Shown here piece after piece: positions 6,310 to 14,172 of a stretch of 14,919 bases of DNA. Origin of the DNA: a bacterium (GTDB taxonomy: Bacteria; Patescibacteriota; Minisyncoccia; UBA6257; JAGGUH01); the NCBI GenBank assembly GCA_021158645.1, contig JAGGUH010000062.1, forward strand, positions 1 to 14,919. Reading direction: 5' to 3'. The position numbers were made by a program, and so were the translations under genes. Below the pieces are notes generated by a model. That model made no database searches, was not told where the DNA came from, and saw nothing but the letters and a program-made list of their open reading frames with translations. The number at the start of each line of letters is the position of its first letter. Position 1 is the first letter of the stretch.

Positions 6310-6846
6310 TTGACAATTAGCAATTGGGATAATTTATTAAAATCAAATATTAAAAAGTTTAGAATCAATAATCAAATAAGAGCAAGAGAGGTAAGGGTAG
6401 TCGATGAAGTGGGAAAAAATTTAGGAGTAATGAAATTAGAAGAAGCGCTCAAGATGGCATTTGAGCGCCATTTAGATTTAGTAGAAATTGCTCCGAAAGT
6501 AAATCCACCAGTTGTAAAAATTATTGATTATGGAAAGTTCTTATATTGGCAAAGAAAGAAAGAAAAAGAAAAAAAGAAGCAACAAAAAGAATTGAAATGT
6601 ATCCGAATCGGCTTCAAGGAATCAGAGCATGATTTAGATTTTAAAGTAAAAAAAATTTCTGAATTTTTGGAAAATGGGCATCAGGTAAGAATTGATTTAA
6701 TTTTAAAAGGAAGAGAAAAGGCATTTAAAGATCAAGCAATTGAAAAAATTAAAAATTTTTTAGAAAAAATTAAAGTAAATTATAAAATAATTCAAGAACC
6801 CAAAAAAGTACCCCGAGGAATCAGTACGATGATTGTAAAAAAATAA
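6310..6846 (+). CDS. infC: translation initiation factor IF-3
   Basis: RINNQIRAREVRVVD...LDLVEIAPKVNPPVVKIIDYGKFLYWQ is the classic IF3 N-domain and linker, and the C-domain follows. The frame opens at 6298, and the first in-frame ATG is codon 41, inside the conserved domain. The start must therefore be non-ATG: TTG at 6310, or ATT at 6316 or 6349. The 5' coordinate is uncertain. Confidence 0.9.
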   Translation: MTISNWDNLLKSNIKKFRINNQIRAREVRVVDEVGKNLGVMKLEEALKMAFERHLDLVEIAPKVNPPVVKIIDYGKFLYWQRKKEKEKKKQQKELKCIRIGFKESEHDLDFKVKKISEFLENGHQVRIDLILKGREKAFKDQAIEKIKNFLEKIKVNYKIIQEPKKVPRGISTMIVKK

Positions 6847-6848
6847 AA

Positions 6849-7037
6849 ATGAAAAAAATTCCAAAACTTATCAAAAAAAGGGTAAAAATAACAAAAAAAG
6901 GAAAAATGCTTCGAAAAAAATCAGGCAAAGCCCATGGAATGGCTAAATTATCTGATAAATCATATGAGAGATATAAAGGTTATTCGGAAATTCAAGGAAC
7001 TTTTAAAAAAAGAATTAAAAAAATTATTAAAAATTAA
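6849..7037 (+). CDS. rpmI: 50S ribosomal protein L35
   Basis: 62 aa, very basic: KKRVKITKKGKMLRKKSGKAHGMAKLS. It sits in the conserved position between infC and rplT. The ATG is 2 nt after the infC stop. Confidence 0.9.
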   Translation: MKKIPKLIKKRVKITKKGKMLRKKSGKAHGMAKLSDKSYERYKGYSEIQGTFKKRIKKIIKN

Positions 7038-7045
7038 ATTTTTTT

Positions 7046-7393
7046 ATGGTTCGATCAAAATCAGCAAAAGTTACTCATAAAAGGCGAGAAAAAATTTTAA
7101 AACACACCAAAGGTTTTAGATGGGGAAGAAAATCAAAAACAAGGTTGGCAAAAGAAGCCCTGCTTCATGCTTGGTATTATCAATATATTTCCCGACGCCT
7201 CAAAAAAAGAGATTTCAGAAAGTTATGGCAGGTAAAAATTTCAGCAGCAACAAGATCTTTAGGGCTCTCCTACTCTAAATTTATATCTCTTTTAAAGAAA
7301 AAAAATATTGCAATTAATAGAAAAACTTTAGCCGAGTTGGCTGAATTTTATCCCGAAATTTTTAAAAAATTTTTTGAAAAAATAAAAAAATAA
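7046..7393 (+). CDS. rplT: 50S ribosomal protein L20
   Basis: MVRSKSAKVTHKRREKILKHTKGFRWGRKSKTRLAKEALLHAWYYQY..RR.KKRDFRKLWQVKISAA is a typical L20 sequence. 115 aa. Confidence 0.93.
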   Translation: MVRSKSAKVTHKRREKILKHTKGFRWGRKSKTRLAKEALLHAWYYQYISRRLKKRDFRKLWQVKISAATRSLGLSYSKFISLLKKKNIAINRKTLAELAEFYPEIFKKFFEKIKK

Positions 7394-7394
7394 T

Positions 7395-9008
7395 ATGGAG
7401 TTTGAATCTCTTATTCTTCAAGAAATAAAAAAAACTCTGAAGAAAAAAGTTGATTTTTCAATTGAAATTCCTCCCCAAAAAAACTTTGGGGATTTTTCTT
7501 CTAATGTTGCTTTTATCTTATCAAAAGAAAAAAAGAAAAATCCAAACGAAATAGCAAAAGAAATTTTAAAAAATTTAAAAAAATCAGAAAAAATAAAAAA
7601 ACATTTTGAAAAAATTGAAACAAAAAATGGTTTTTTAAATTTTTTTCTTAAAAAAGAAGTTTTGTTAAAAGAAATAAAAAAGATATTAAAAGAAGGAAAA
7701 AAATATCCTAAATTTAGAAAATCAAACAAAAAAATAATTTTAGAATTTATCTCAGCAAACCCTACTGGTTTTCTAACTCTTGGAAATGCAAGGGGCGGAT
7801 TTCTTGGAGATACTCTAGCAAGAATTTTAAAAAAGGTTGGCTATAAGGTAACTTCAGAATATTATATCAATAATGCCAAAACATCAAAACAAATTAAAGA
7901 ACTTGGAAAAACTGCCCTGGGAGAATCTAAAAGTTATCTTACAAATTTCCTAAAAGAAAAAATTAAAAAAGAAAATTTAAGAATTAAAAAAATAACTAAA
8001 AAATTTAAAAAAGATAAAGAAAAAATTTATCAGGAAGTCGGGTTTTTGATGGCAAAGGAAATTCAAAAAGAAAATAAAAACTTTATTGAAAGAAAATTAA
8101 AAATTAAATTTGATAATTGGTTTTCAGAACAATCTTTGTATTCTAACGACAAAATAAAAAAACTTCTTGAAATTTTAAAAAGAAAAAAAGCAGTATATAA
8201 AAAAGAAAATGCTCTTTGGCTTAAAACTTCAAAATATGGAGAAAAACAAGATTGGGTAATAATAAGAAAAGATGGAACTCCAACTTATTTTTTAAACGAT
8301 TTATGCTATCATTTGGAGAAAGAAAAAAGAAGTTTTGATTTGTTTATCAATATCTGGGGTGCTGATCATTATTCTCATATTGCCCGACTTAAAGTTGGAT
8401 TAAAAATTTTAGGAATCTCCCCGGAGAAATTAAAAGTAATTTTAGTTCAAATAGTTCGACAAAAAACAAAAAAAGGAATCGAAAAAATCTCCAAAAGAAA
8501 GGGAGTTGGAATGAGTTTGGAAACGCTTATTAACGAAATAGGTTTAGATACTGCAAGATTTTTCTTTTTAAGAATTGAACCAAATTCTCATTTAGATTTT
8601 GATTTAAAATTAGCAAAAGAAAAATCAAATCGAAATCCTCTATATTATATTCAATATGCTTATGTAAGGATAATTTCTTTGTTAAAAAAAGCCGGTAACA
8701 AAAAATATCAAAACTTAAGATTTGATTTCCCGAAAAAAATAGAAAATGAATTTGAAGAAAAACTTTTAAGAGAGATAATTAAATACCCTCAAATAATTAA
8801 AGAAATTTCAAAAAACTATTCCTGCCATTATTTGATTAATTATTCTTTTGAACTCGCTAAAAGTTTTCACCAATTTTATGAAAAAATTCCAGTTTTAAAT
8901 TCAAATCCTCGTTATCTTTCTTTCAGAATCTCTTTAGTAAAAGCAACAAAAATTATTTTAGAAAATTGTTTTAATTTGGCTAAAATTTCTCTCCCAAAAA
9001 AAATGTAA
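7395..9008 (+). CDS. argS: arginyl-tRNA synthetase with a non-canonical HIGH motif
   Basis: ArgRS hallmarks are present: N-terminal Add-1-like domain, EFISANPTG, YYINN, WGADHYSHIARLK, ISKRKG...LETLINEIGLDTARFFFL, and C-terminal anticodon-binding region YIQYAYVRI. The ATG is 1 nt after the rplT stop. The HIGH position reads TLGN (7776-7787). Confidence 0.9.
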   Translation: MEFESLILQEIKKTLKKKVDFSIEIPPQKNFGDFSSNVAFILSKEKKKNPNEIAKEILKNLKKSEKIKKHFEKIETKNGFLNFFLKKEVLLKEIKKILKEGKKYPKFRKSNKKIILEFISANPTGFLTLGNARGGFLGDTLARILKKVGYKVTSEYYINNAKTSKQIKELGKTALGESKSYLTNFLKEKIKKENLRIKKITKKFKKDKEKIYQEVGFLMAKEIQKENKNFIERKLKIKFDNWFSEQSLYSNDKIKKLLEILKRKKAVYKKENALWLKTSKYGEKQDWVIIRKDGTPTYFLNDLCYHLEKEKRSFDLFINIWGADHYSHIARLKVGLKILGISPEKLKVILVQIVRQKTKKGIEKISKRKGVGMSLETLINEIGLDTARFFFLRIEPNSHLDFDLKLAKEKSNRNPLYYIQYAYVRIISLLKKAGNKKYQNLRFDFPKKIENEFEEKLLREIIKYPQIIKEISKNYSCHYLINYSFELAKSFHQFYEKIPVLNSNPRYLSFRISLVKATKIILENCFNLAKISLPKKM

Positions 9009-9013
9009 AAAAT

Positions 9014-10066
9014 TTAAGAAATTTCTTTTTTTAATTCTTCTAAAAGTTTTTTTGCTTTTTTGGTTAGTTTTTTTGGTGGCAAAACTTCGAGTTCAACAAT
9101 CAAATTTCCTCTTTTTGAAGTTTCTCCAAATATCGGCATCCCTTTATTTTTTACAACTATTTTGTCCCCCGATTTGGTTAGTTGAGGAATTTTGATTTTA
9201 ACTTTTTTTCTGTCTATATTTTCAATTTCAATTTCTCCTCCTAAAGTTGCTTCAACGATATCAATTGGAATTTTTAAATAAAGATCGTTGCCAACTCTTT
9301 TAAATTTCTTATGGGGAAGAATTTTAATTTTCAAATAAAGGTCGCCAGGAGTTTTCTGGTACCAATCACCTTTTTCTGAAATTTTTAGGACTTCTCCGTT
9401 CCAAAAACCAGGTTCAATTCTAACCTTGATTTTTTCCTCTCCAAAAACGGTACCTTTCCCTTTACAATTAGAACAGGGATTTTTTAAAATTTTTCCCTTA
9501 CCATCACATAAAGGACATTTTTTTATTTGGCTAAAGGTTCCAAAAAAAATTCTTTTTACTTCTTTTATTCTTCCACTACCATTACAATTTTTACAAGTTT
9601 CATAAATAGGTTCTCCAAGAAAACCCTTTCCATTACATTGAAAGCATTTTTTATCTCGTTCATATTTTATTTCTTTCTCAGTTCCAGAAAATGCTTCTTC
9701 TAAAGTTAAATCTATCTCCAAATAAATATCCCTACCTTTTTCTTGTTTTCTTTTTCTTCCAAAAAAATCAAAAGGAAAAAAATCTTCTTCAAAAAAAGAT
9801 CCTAAATCAAAAGGAAACGAAGAAAAATCAAAATTTTCTTGAAAATTTCCATTAAACCAAAAATCACCCCCTTTTCTTCGAGTATCATACTCATTTCTTT
9901 TCTGTTTATTTGAGAGCACCTGATATGCCTCATTAATTTCTTTAAATTTTTTTTCATCACCGCCACGATCAGGATGATATTTTTTTGCCAATTCAAAAAA
10001 TGCCTTTTTTATTTCTTCTTCAGAGGCATCTTCAGATACTCCTAAAATTTGATAATAATTTTTCAT
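9014..10066 (-). CDS. dnaJ: molecular chaperone DnaJ (type I, four CxxCxGxG zinc motifs)
   Basis: J-domain YYQILGV...KKYHPDRGGDEKKFKEINEAYQVLSN with the HPD motif. Zinc motifs are CFQCNGKG, CKNCNGSG, CPLCDGKG and CSNCKGKG. I prefer the ATG at 10066 (MKNYYQILGV) to the TTG at 10087 in the ORF track. The linker is Phe-rich but Gly-poor. Confidence 0.93.
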   Translation of the reverse strand: MKNYYQILGVSEDASEEEIKKAFFELAKKYHPDRGGDEKKFKEINEAYQVLSNKQKRNEYDTRRKGGDFWFNGNFQENFDFSSFPFDLGSFFEEDFFPFDFFGRKRKQEKGRDIYLEIDLTLEEAFSGTEKEIKYERDKKCFQCNGKGFLGEPIYETCKNCNGSGRIKEVKRIFFGTFSQIKKCPLCDGKGKILKNPCSNCKGKGTVFGEEKIKVRIEPGFWNGEVLKISEKGDWYQKTPGDLYLKIKILPHKKFKRVGNDLYLKIPIDIVEATLGGEIEIENIDRKKVKIKIPQLTKSGDKIVVKNKGMPIFGETSKRGNLIVELEVLPPKKLTKKAKKLLEELKKEIS

Positions 10067-10076
10067 TTTCTTAAAC

Positions 10077-10991
10077 TCAAAATTCAATTATTTCTTTAGG
10101 AACATTTTTATAAGTTTTTTTTACCAAACCTGAAACAAAAAGAAGTTCCATCATAATACCACCAAAAATTTTTACTAAAAACCTAATAATAGAAAAAAGC
10201 GAGAAAAGAATTAACAAAATAGTTGCTTCGAAAAATAAAAACAACCTAAATGGTTCTTTCTCTTTAAAAATTTTAAATAGAATATAAGAAATTGATTGAT
10301 TAAAATCTATTTTAAAAGAAAATTTTTCATTTAGATAGTTTTCTAAATTTTTTGCCATTAGAGAATCTTGGCAAAATCTCGAGATTAATTCATCAAGAGT
10401 ATTTAAACTTTTCAAATCAATTTTTAATAAGTTGAAAACACCATCCAACCATAAAAATTTTCCGAAAAGAATATAAAAATTAAAAATTAAGACAAAAGAA
10501 ATTACCAAAGATAAGCAAAAACAAAAAAGCCCAAAAGAAGAAATTTTTGAAAAAGAAAAATTAACCAATAATTTTTCTCTCCTTCTTGTAGAAATTTTTC
10601 CCAAAAAAAACAAAAAAAATACTACAATAATCGATAAAAATTCTATTAAGAATGTTCTATTAAAAGAAAAAAAATTTTTTAAACCCAAACAATATATCTT
10701 TTCTAAAAAATAAAGCCAAAACAAAGAAATAGTGTCAATAATTGAAAGTATCGCTAATGATAATTTTTTTTTAAAAAGAATTGCTTCAATTACCAAAACA
10801 AAGAGTAAAAAATAAACTAATAAAAATAAAATAACTTTAGAAAAATAAAAATCTCCAAAATTTAAAAATTGAAGCCAAGAAAAAGAAATTAAACTTCCAA
10901 ATAAAAAAGAAATTGCTATTAAAAAAACTTTTTTAAAAAAATTTTTTTCAAACCTTAAACTAAAAAAATTACTTTTTTCCTTTATCTCCAT
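10077..10991 (-). CDS. uncharacterised polytopic membrane protein (about 304 aa) between dnaK and dnaJ
   Basis: A 300+ codon open frame in roughly 70% AT DNA, on the same strand as the operon, fills the dnaK-dnaJ gap exactly. The ATG at 10991 lies 23 nt inside the dnaK 3' end (a TTG at 11006 is also possible). The TGA stop is 10 nt before the dnaJ ATG. There are about 6-7 strongly hydrophobic Phe/Leu/Ile segments and one polar loop of about 65 aa. No family recognised. Confidence 0.7.
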   Translation of the reverse strand: MEIKEKSNFFSLRFEKNFFKKVFLIAISFLFGSLISFSWLQFLNFGDFYFSKVILFLLVYFLLFVLVIEAILFKKKLSLAILSIIDTISLFWLYFLEKIYCLGLKNFFSFNRTFLIEFLSIIVVFFLFFLGKISTRRREKLLVNFSFSKISSFGLFCFCLSLVISFVLIFNFYILFGKFLWLDGVFNLLKIDLKSLNTLDELISRFCQDSLMAKNLENYLNEKFSFKIDFNQSISYILFKIFKEKEPFRLFLFFEATILLILFSLFSIIRFLVKIFGGIMMELLFVSGLVKKTYKNVPKEIIEF

Positions 10992-12783
10992 AAATATTTT
11001 GTCCAATTTTTTGAATTGCTAAAGAAAGAGTTTCAATTTTTTGCTTAATTTCTGAAACATTATCAGAATTTAAAGAATTTTTAAGTTCTTCAATTTTTTG
11101 TTCAATTTCTTTTTTAATTTCTTCTGAAATTTTCGTTTCATTTTCTTTTAACGATTTCTGGGCTACATAAATTAAATTCTGGGCTTCATTTTTAGATTGA
11201 ATCAACTCTTTCTTTTCCTGATCCTTTTTAGCAAATTCTTCGGCTTCTTTTTTCATTCTTTCAATCTCTTCTTTTGACAATCCGGTTGATGCTTCAATTT
11301 TTACTGATTGGCTCTTCCCGGTTGCTTTATCTTTTGCAGTTACCTTCAAAATCCCATTAGCATCAATATCAAAAGCAACCTCAATTTGAGGAACTCCTCT
11401 TGGTGCTGGAGGAATTCCATCTAAAACAAATCTTGCCAGTGACCGATTGTCAGAAGCCATTGGTCTTTCTCCTTGAAGCACATGAATTTCTACCGAAGTT
11501 TGATTATCGGCTGCAGTTGTAAAAATTTCTGTTTTCGAAGTTGGAATTGTTGTGTTTTTTGGAATCATTGGAGTCGCGATACCGCCTAAAGTTTCAATTG
11601 ATAAAGTTAAAGGAGTAACATCTAAAAGCAAAATGTCCCTTACTTTTCCTCCTAAAACTCCTCCCTGAAGCGCGGCTCCAATAGCAACCACTTCGTCAGG
11701 ATTAATATCTTTCAATGGCTCCTTACCAAAAACATCTTTTAATCTTTGAGAAATCAAAGGCATTCTTGTTTGGCCACCAACCAAAATAATATCATCAATA
11801 TCTTTTTCATCAAAACCACTTTCTTTTATTACTTTTTTTGTAATCTCGATTGATTTTTCAATAAAATCTCTTGATAATTCTTCTAACTTTGCCCGGGTTA
11901 ATTTATAGATAAAATGTTTTGGACCAGAAGCATCAGAAGTAATAAATGGTAAATTAATTTCTGTCTCATACACTGAAGAAAGTTCGTGTTTTGCCTTTTC
12001 AGCCGCTTCTTTTAAACGCTGCAATGCCAAACTATCTTTTGATAAATCAATTCCTTCTTTATTTTTAAATTCGCTAACTAAAAAATCAACGATTTTTTGG
12101 TCAACGTCATCGCCTCCTAAATGAGTATCTCCGCCAGTAGATTTAACTTCGATAACATCTTCTCTTACAGTTAAAACTGAAACATCAAAAGTACCGCCGC
12201 CAAAATCATAAACAACAATTTCTCTTTCTCCTCTTTTATCAAAACCATAAGCTAAAGCTGCGGCTGTTGGCTCATTGATAATTCTCTTTACTTTAAGTCC
12301 GGCAATCTCGCCAGCATTTTTTGTTGCCTGCCTTTGAGAATCGTCAAAATAAGCCGGTACCGTAATTACAACTTCATCAATTTTTTCTCCCAATCGGCTT
12401 TCGGCATCAGTTTTTAGTTTTTGTAAAATCATTGCTGAAATTTCTTCAGGTCGCCACCATTTATCTCCCATTTTTATTTCGACACCGCCAGAAGATGATT
12501 CTCTAATTTCATAAGGCAAGAGTTTTTTATCTTTTTGGATTTCCGGATCAGAAAATCTTCTTCCAATGAGCCGTTTAACCGAAAAAATAGTATTTTCAGG
12601 ATTTGTAACTGCTTGCCTTTTTGCTAAAAGACCCACTAATCTTTCTCCGCTTTTTGAGATTGCAACATAAGAAGGGGTCGTTCTTTGCCCTTCTTGATTT
12701 TCCAAAATTTTCGGCTGGCCAGCCTCAACTACTGCCATTGCCGAATTGGTAGTTCCTAAATCAATACCTAAAATTTTTGCCAT
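10969..12783 (-). CDS. dnaK: molecular chaperone DnaK (Hsp70)
   Basis: [29 protein letters not shown] and the remaining Hsp70 signatures are present. 604 aa, ATG start, TAA stop. Confidence 0.97.
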   Translation of the reverse strand: MAKILGIDLGTTNSAMAVVEAGQPKILENQEGQRTTPSYVAISKSGERLVGLLAKRQAVTNPENTIFSVKRLIGRRFSDPEIQKDKKLLPYEIRESSSGGVEIKMGDKWWRPEEISAMILQKLKTDAESRLGEKIDEVVITVPAYFDDSQRQATKNAGEIAGLKVKRIINEPTAAALAYGFDKRGEREIVVYDFGGGTFDVSVLTVREDVIEVKSTGGDTHLGGDDVDQKIVDFLVSEFKNKEGIDLSKDSLALQRLKEAAEKAKHELSSVYETEINLPFITSDASGPKHFIYKLTRAKLEELSRDFIEKSIEITKKVIKESGFDEKDIDDIILVGGQTRMPLISQRLKDVFGKEPLKDINPDEVVAIGAALQGGVLGGKVRDILLLDVTPLTLSIETLGGIATPMIPKNTTIPTSKTEIFTTAADNQTSVEIHVLQGERPMASDNRSLARFVLDGIPPAPRGVPQIEVAFDIDANGILKVTAKDKATGKSQSVKIEASTGLSKEEIERMKKEAEEFAKKDQEKKELIQSKNEAQNLIYVAQKSLKENETKISEEIKKEIEQKIEELKNSLNSDNVSEIKQKIETLSLAIQKIGQNIYGDKGKK

Positions 12784-12794
12784 AGTTTTTTAAA

Positions 12795-13211
12795 TTATTT
12801 CTTTTTAATTTCAATCTTTTTTGGAGAAGAAGTTTTTTGTTTTGGAAGAACAATTCTTAAAATACCATCTTTCATTGTTGCCTCAATTGCTTCTTCTTTT
12901 ACTTCAGAAGGCAAACTTACTGTTCTTTCAAAACTTCCACTTTTTATTTCTTTTCGATAATAATTTTTTTCTTTTACTTCTTCTTTTTTTTCTATCTTTC
13001 CAGAAATTCTCAAAGTTTTATCTTCAATCTCAATATCAACATCTTTTGGATCTATTCCCGGTACTTCGGCTTCAACAATGATATTATTCCCCTCCTCATA
13101 AATATCTATTGCTGGTTCTGAAAATTTAACTGAAGGAATCATTGGCACAAATTCCTCATCTAAAAACTTTGAGATTTCTTTAAAAAATGGTTCAAATTTT
13201 ATAATTGCCAT
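12795..13211 (-). CDS. small heat-shock protein (Hsp20 / alpha-crystallin family)
   Basis: Alpha-crystallin domain: PAIDIYEEGNNIIVEAEVPGIDPKDVDIEIEDKTLRISG...GSFERTVSLPSEV..EAIEATMKDGILRIVLPK. 138 aa, with 11-nt gaps to both grpE and dnaK. Confidence 0.9.
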   Translation of the reverse strand: MAIIKFEPFFKEISKFLDEEFVPMIPSVKFSEPAIDIYEEGNNIIVEAEVPGIDPKDVDIEIEDKTLRISGKIEKKEEVKEKNYYRKEIKSGSFERTVSLPSEVKEEAIEATMKDGILRIVLPKQKTSSPKKIEIKKK

Positions 13212-13222
13212 AGATTAAAATT

Positions 13223-13774
13223 TTATTTTTCGGAATCTGACTTCTCTTCTCTAAAAGAAGAGTTGGCAGATTCCTTTTTTTTAGCAATTTTTACTCTTGC
13301 TGGTCTTAAAATTGCTAAATCCTTAAACCGATAACCTTTTCTAATCACCGAAATTATTGTTTCTGGTTCTTTATCGGATTCTACCTCTTCAACTACCTCA
13401 CAGCAGGAAGGATCAAACTTTTTTCCAATAACTTCAATTTCTTCAACCCCGTATTTTTTAAGAATCCCAAGAAATTTTTCCCTAATCAAATTTATTCCTT
13501 GAGACACTTCTTTCTCTTTTATTGATTTTATTCCAAGTTCTAAATTATCTAAAACCTCTAACAATTCTTTTATCAAACTTTCAATTGCTTTTTCAGAAAC
13601 CTTTTCAATTACTTCTTTCTGCCGTTTTTGATAATTCAAAAAATCAGCCCGTTCCCGTTTCCAGCCCTCTAAATAATCTTCTTTCTCTTTCTGACATTTT
13701 TCGAATTCCTCTTTTATTTTTTTTAATTCTTTTCCTAAAATTTCAACTTTTTTCTCTTCTCCAATTTCTTTCAT
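13223..13774 (-). CDS. grpE: nucleotide exchange factor GrpE
   Basis: Coiled-coil N-terminus, RERADFLNYQKRQKE (compare R.RAEFENYRKR) and the C-terminal beta domain VIRKGYRFKDLAILRPARVKI. 183 aa. It is the first gene of the operon. Confidence 0.9.
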   Translation of the reverse strand: MKEIGEEKKVEILGKELKKIKEEFEKCQKEKEDYLEGWKRERADFLNYQKRQKEVIEKVSEKAIESLIKELLEVLDNLELGIKSIKEKEVSQGINLIREKFLGILKKYGVEEIEVIGKKFDPSCCEVVEEVESDKEPETIISVIRKGYRFKDLAILRPARVKIAKKKESANSSFREEKSDSEK

Positions 13775-13811
13775 ATCAAAGAACTACTCTTCTGACATTT
13801 TCTATGCTAAA

Positions 13812-13839
13812 ATTATAATCTTGCCTAACTCGTTGTCAA
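13812..13839 (-). promoter_or_regulatory. sigma70-type promoter of the grpE-hsp20-dnaK-X-dnaJ operon
   Basis: The minus strand reads TTGACA (13839-13834), a 16-nt spacer, then TATAAT (13817-13812). Both hexamers match consensus perfectly. The -10 element is 37 nt upstream of the grpE ATG (13774). Confidence 0.6.
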
Positions 13840-14116
13840 GATTTCTGGCTTTTTACCAAAAATGGTAGTAATTTTTTTTAAAATTTAGTCAAATTTCTTT
13901 TAAAAACTCTCAAAATAATAGAATTTTCCTTAAGTTTTTGAATTTCTAAAAGATGTTTTTTAAAAATTTTTTTAAAAAAATCTAATTTTGTAAGAATTTA
14001 AAATTTAGATAGATATAGATTGAAATTTTTGAAAAATTTGCCATTAAAGTTGATAAAGAGTTATTAACTTTGACAATTTTATCAAATTCTTCAATCTTTT
14101 TTAAGAAAAATTTCAT

Positions 14117-14149
14117 TGAATTTGAGCATTTTTTAGCTGCTCAAATTCA
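14117..14149. repeat. perfect 12-bp inverted repeat with a 9-nt spacer (TGAATTTGAGCA-N9-TGCTCAAATTCA); terminator or operator
   Basis: Arms at 14117-14128 and 14138-14149 are exact reverse complements. The repeat lies 24 nt downstream of the second TAG (14173) of the acidic gene frame and about 280 nt upstream of the grpE promoter. TTTT follows on the plus strand. On the minus strand a T5 run follows only after 6 nt. Confidence 0.55.
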
Positions 14150-14172
14150 TTTTGTATATAACCCTTAGGAAA

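Noticed and set aside
6142-6320. Genomic island integrated at the 3' end of ssrA
   Set aside because: tmRNA genes are classic integration sites. However, there is no direct repeat of the ssrA 3' end elsewhere in the window and no integrase, and the downstream genes are the core infC-rpmI-rplT operon.
6310-6340. TTGACA at 6310-6315 as a -35 box for infC
   Set aside because: No acceptable -10 hexamer lies at 16-18 nt spacing; GATAAT is only 12 nt away. The hexamer also coincides with the likely infC start region, so I treat it as coincidental.
7418-7729. 103-aa minus-strand ORF inside argS, plus similar shadow or embedded ORFs at 9802-9996 (-), 12821-13081 (+), 13522-13818 (+) and 14265-14510 (+)
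   Set aside because: All are antisense or out-of-frame within confidently identified genes (argS, dnaJ, hsp20, grpE, the acidic ORF). All translate to low-complexity Phe/Leu/Ser/Lys strings.
9016-9032. Palindrome AAGAAATTTCTT plus T-run as a bidirectional intrinsic terminator between argS and dnaJ
   Set aside because: With a minimal loop the stem is only about 4 A-U-rich base pairs. That is far too weak for a confident terminator call, so I note it only as context.
13775-14160. CIRCE (HrcA operator) upstream of grpE
   Set aside because: I looked for TTAGCACTC-N9-GAGTGCTAA or close variants on both strands and found none. The only N9 inverted repeat (14117-14149) has a different sequence and lies about 280 nt upstream of the promoter.
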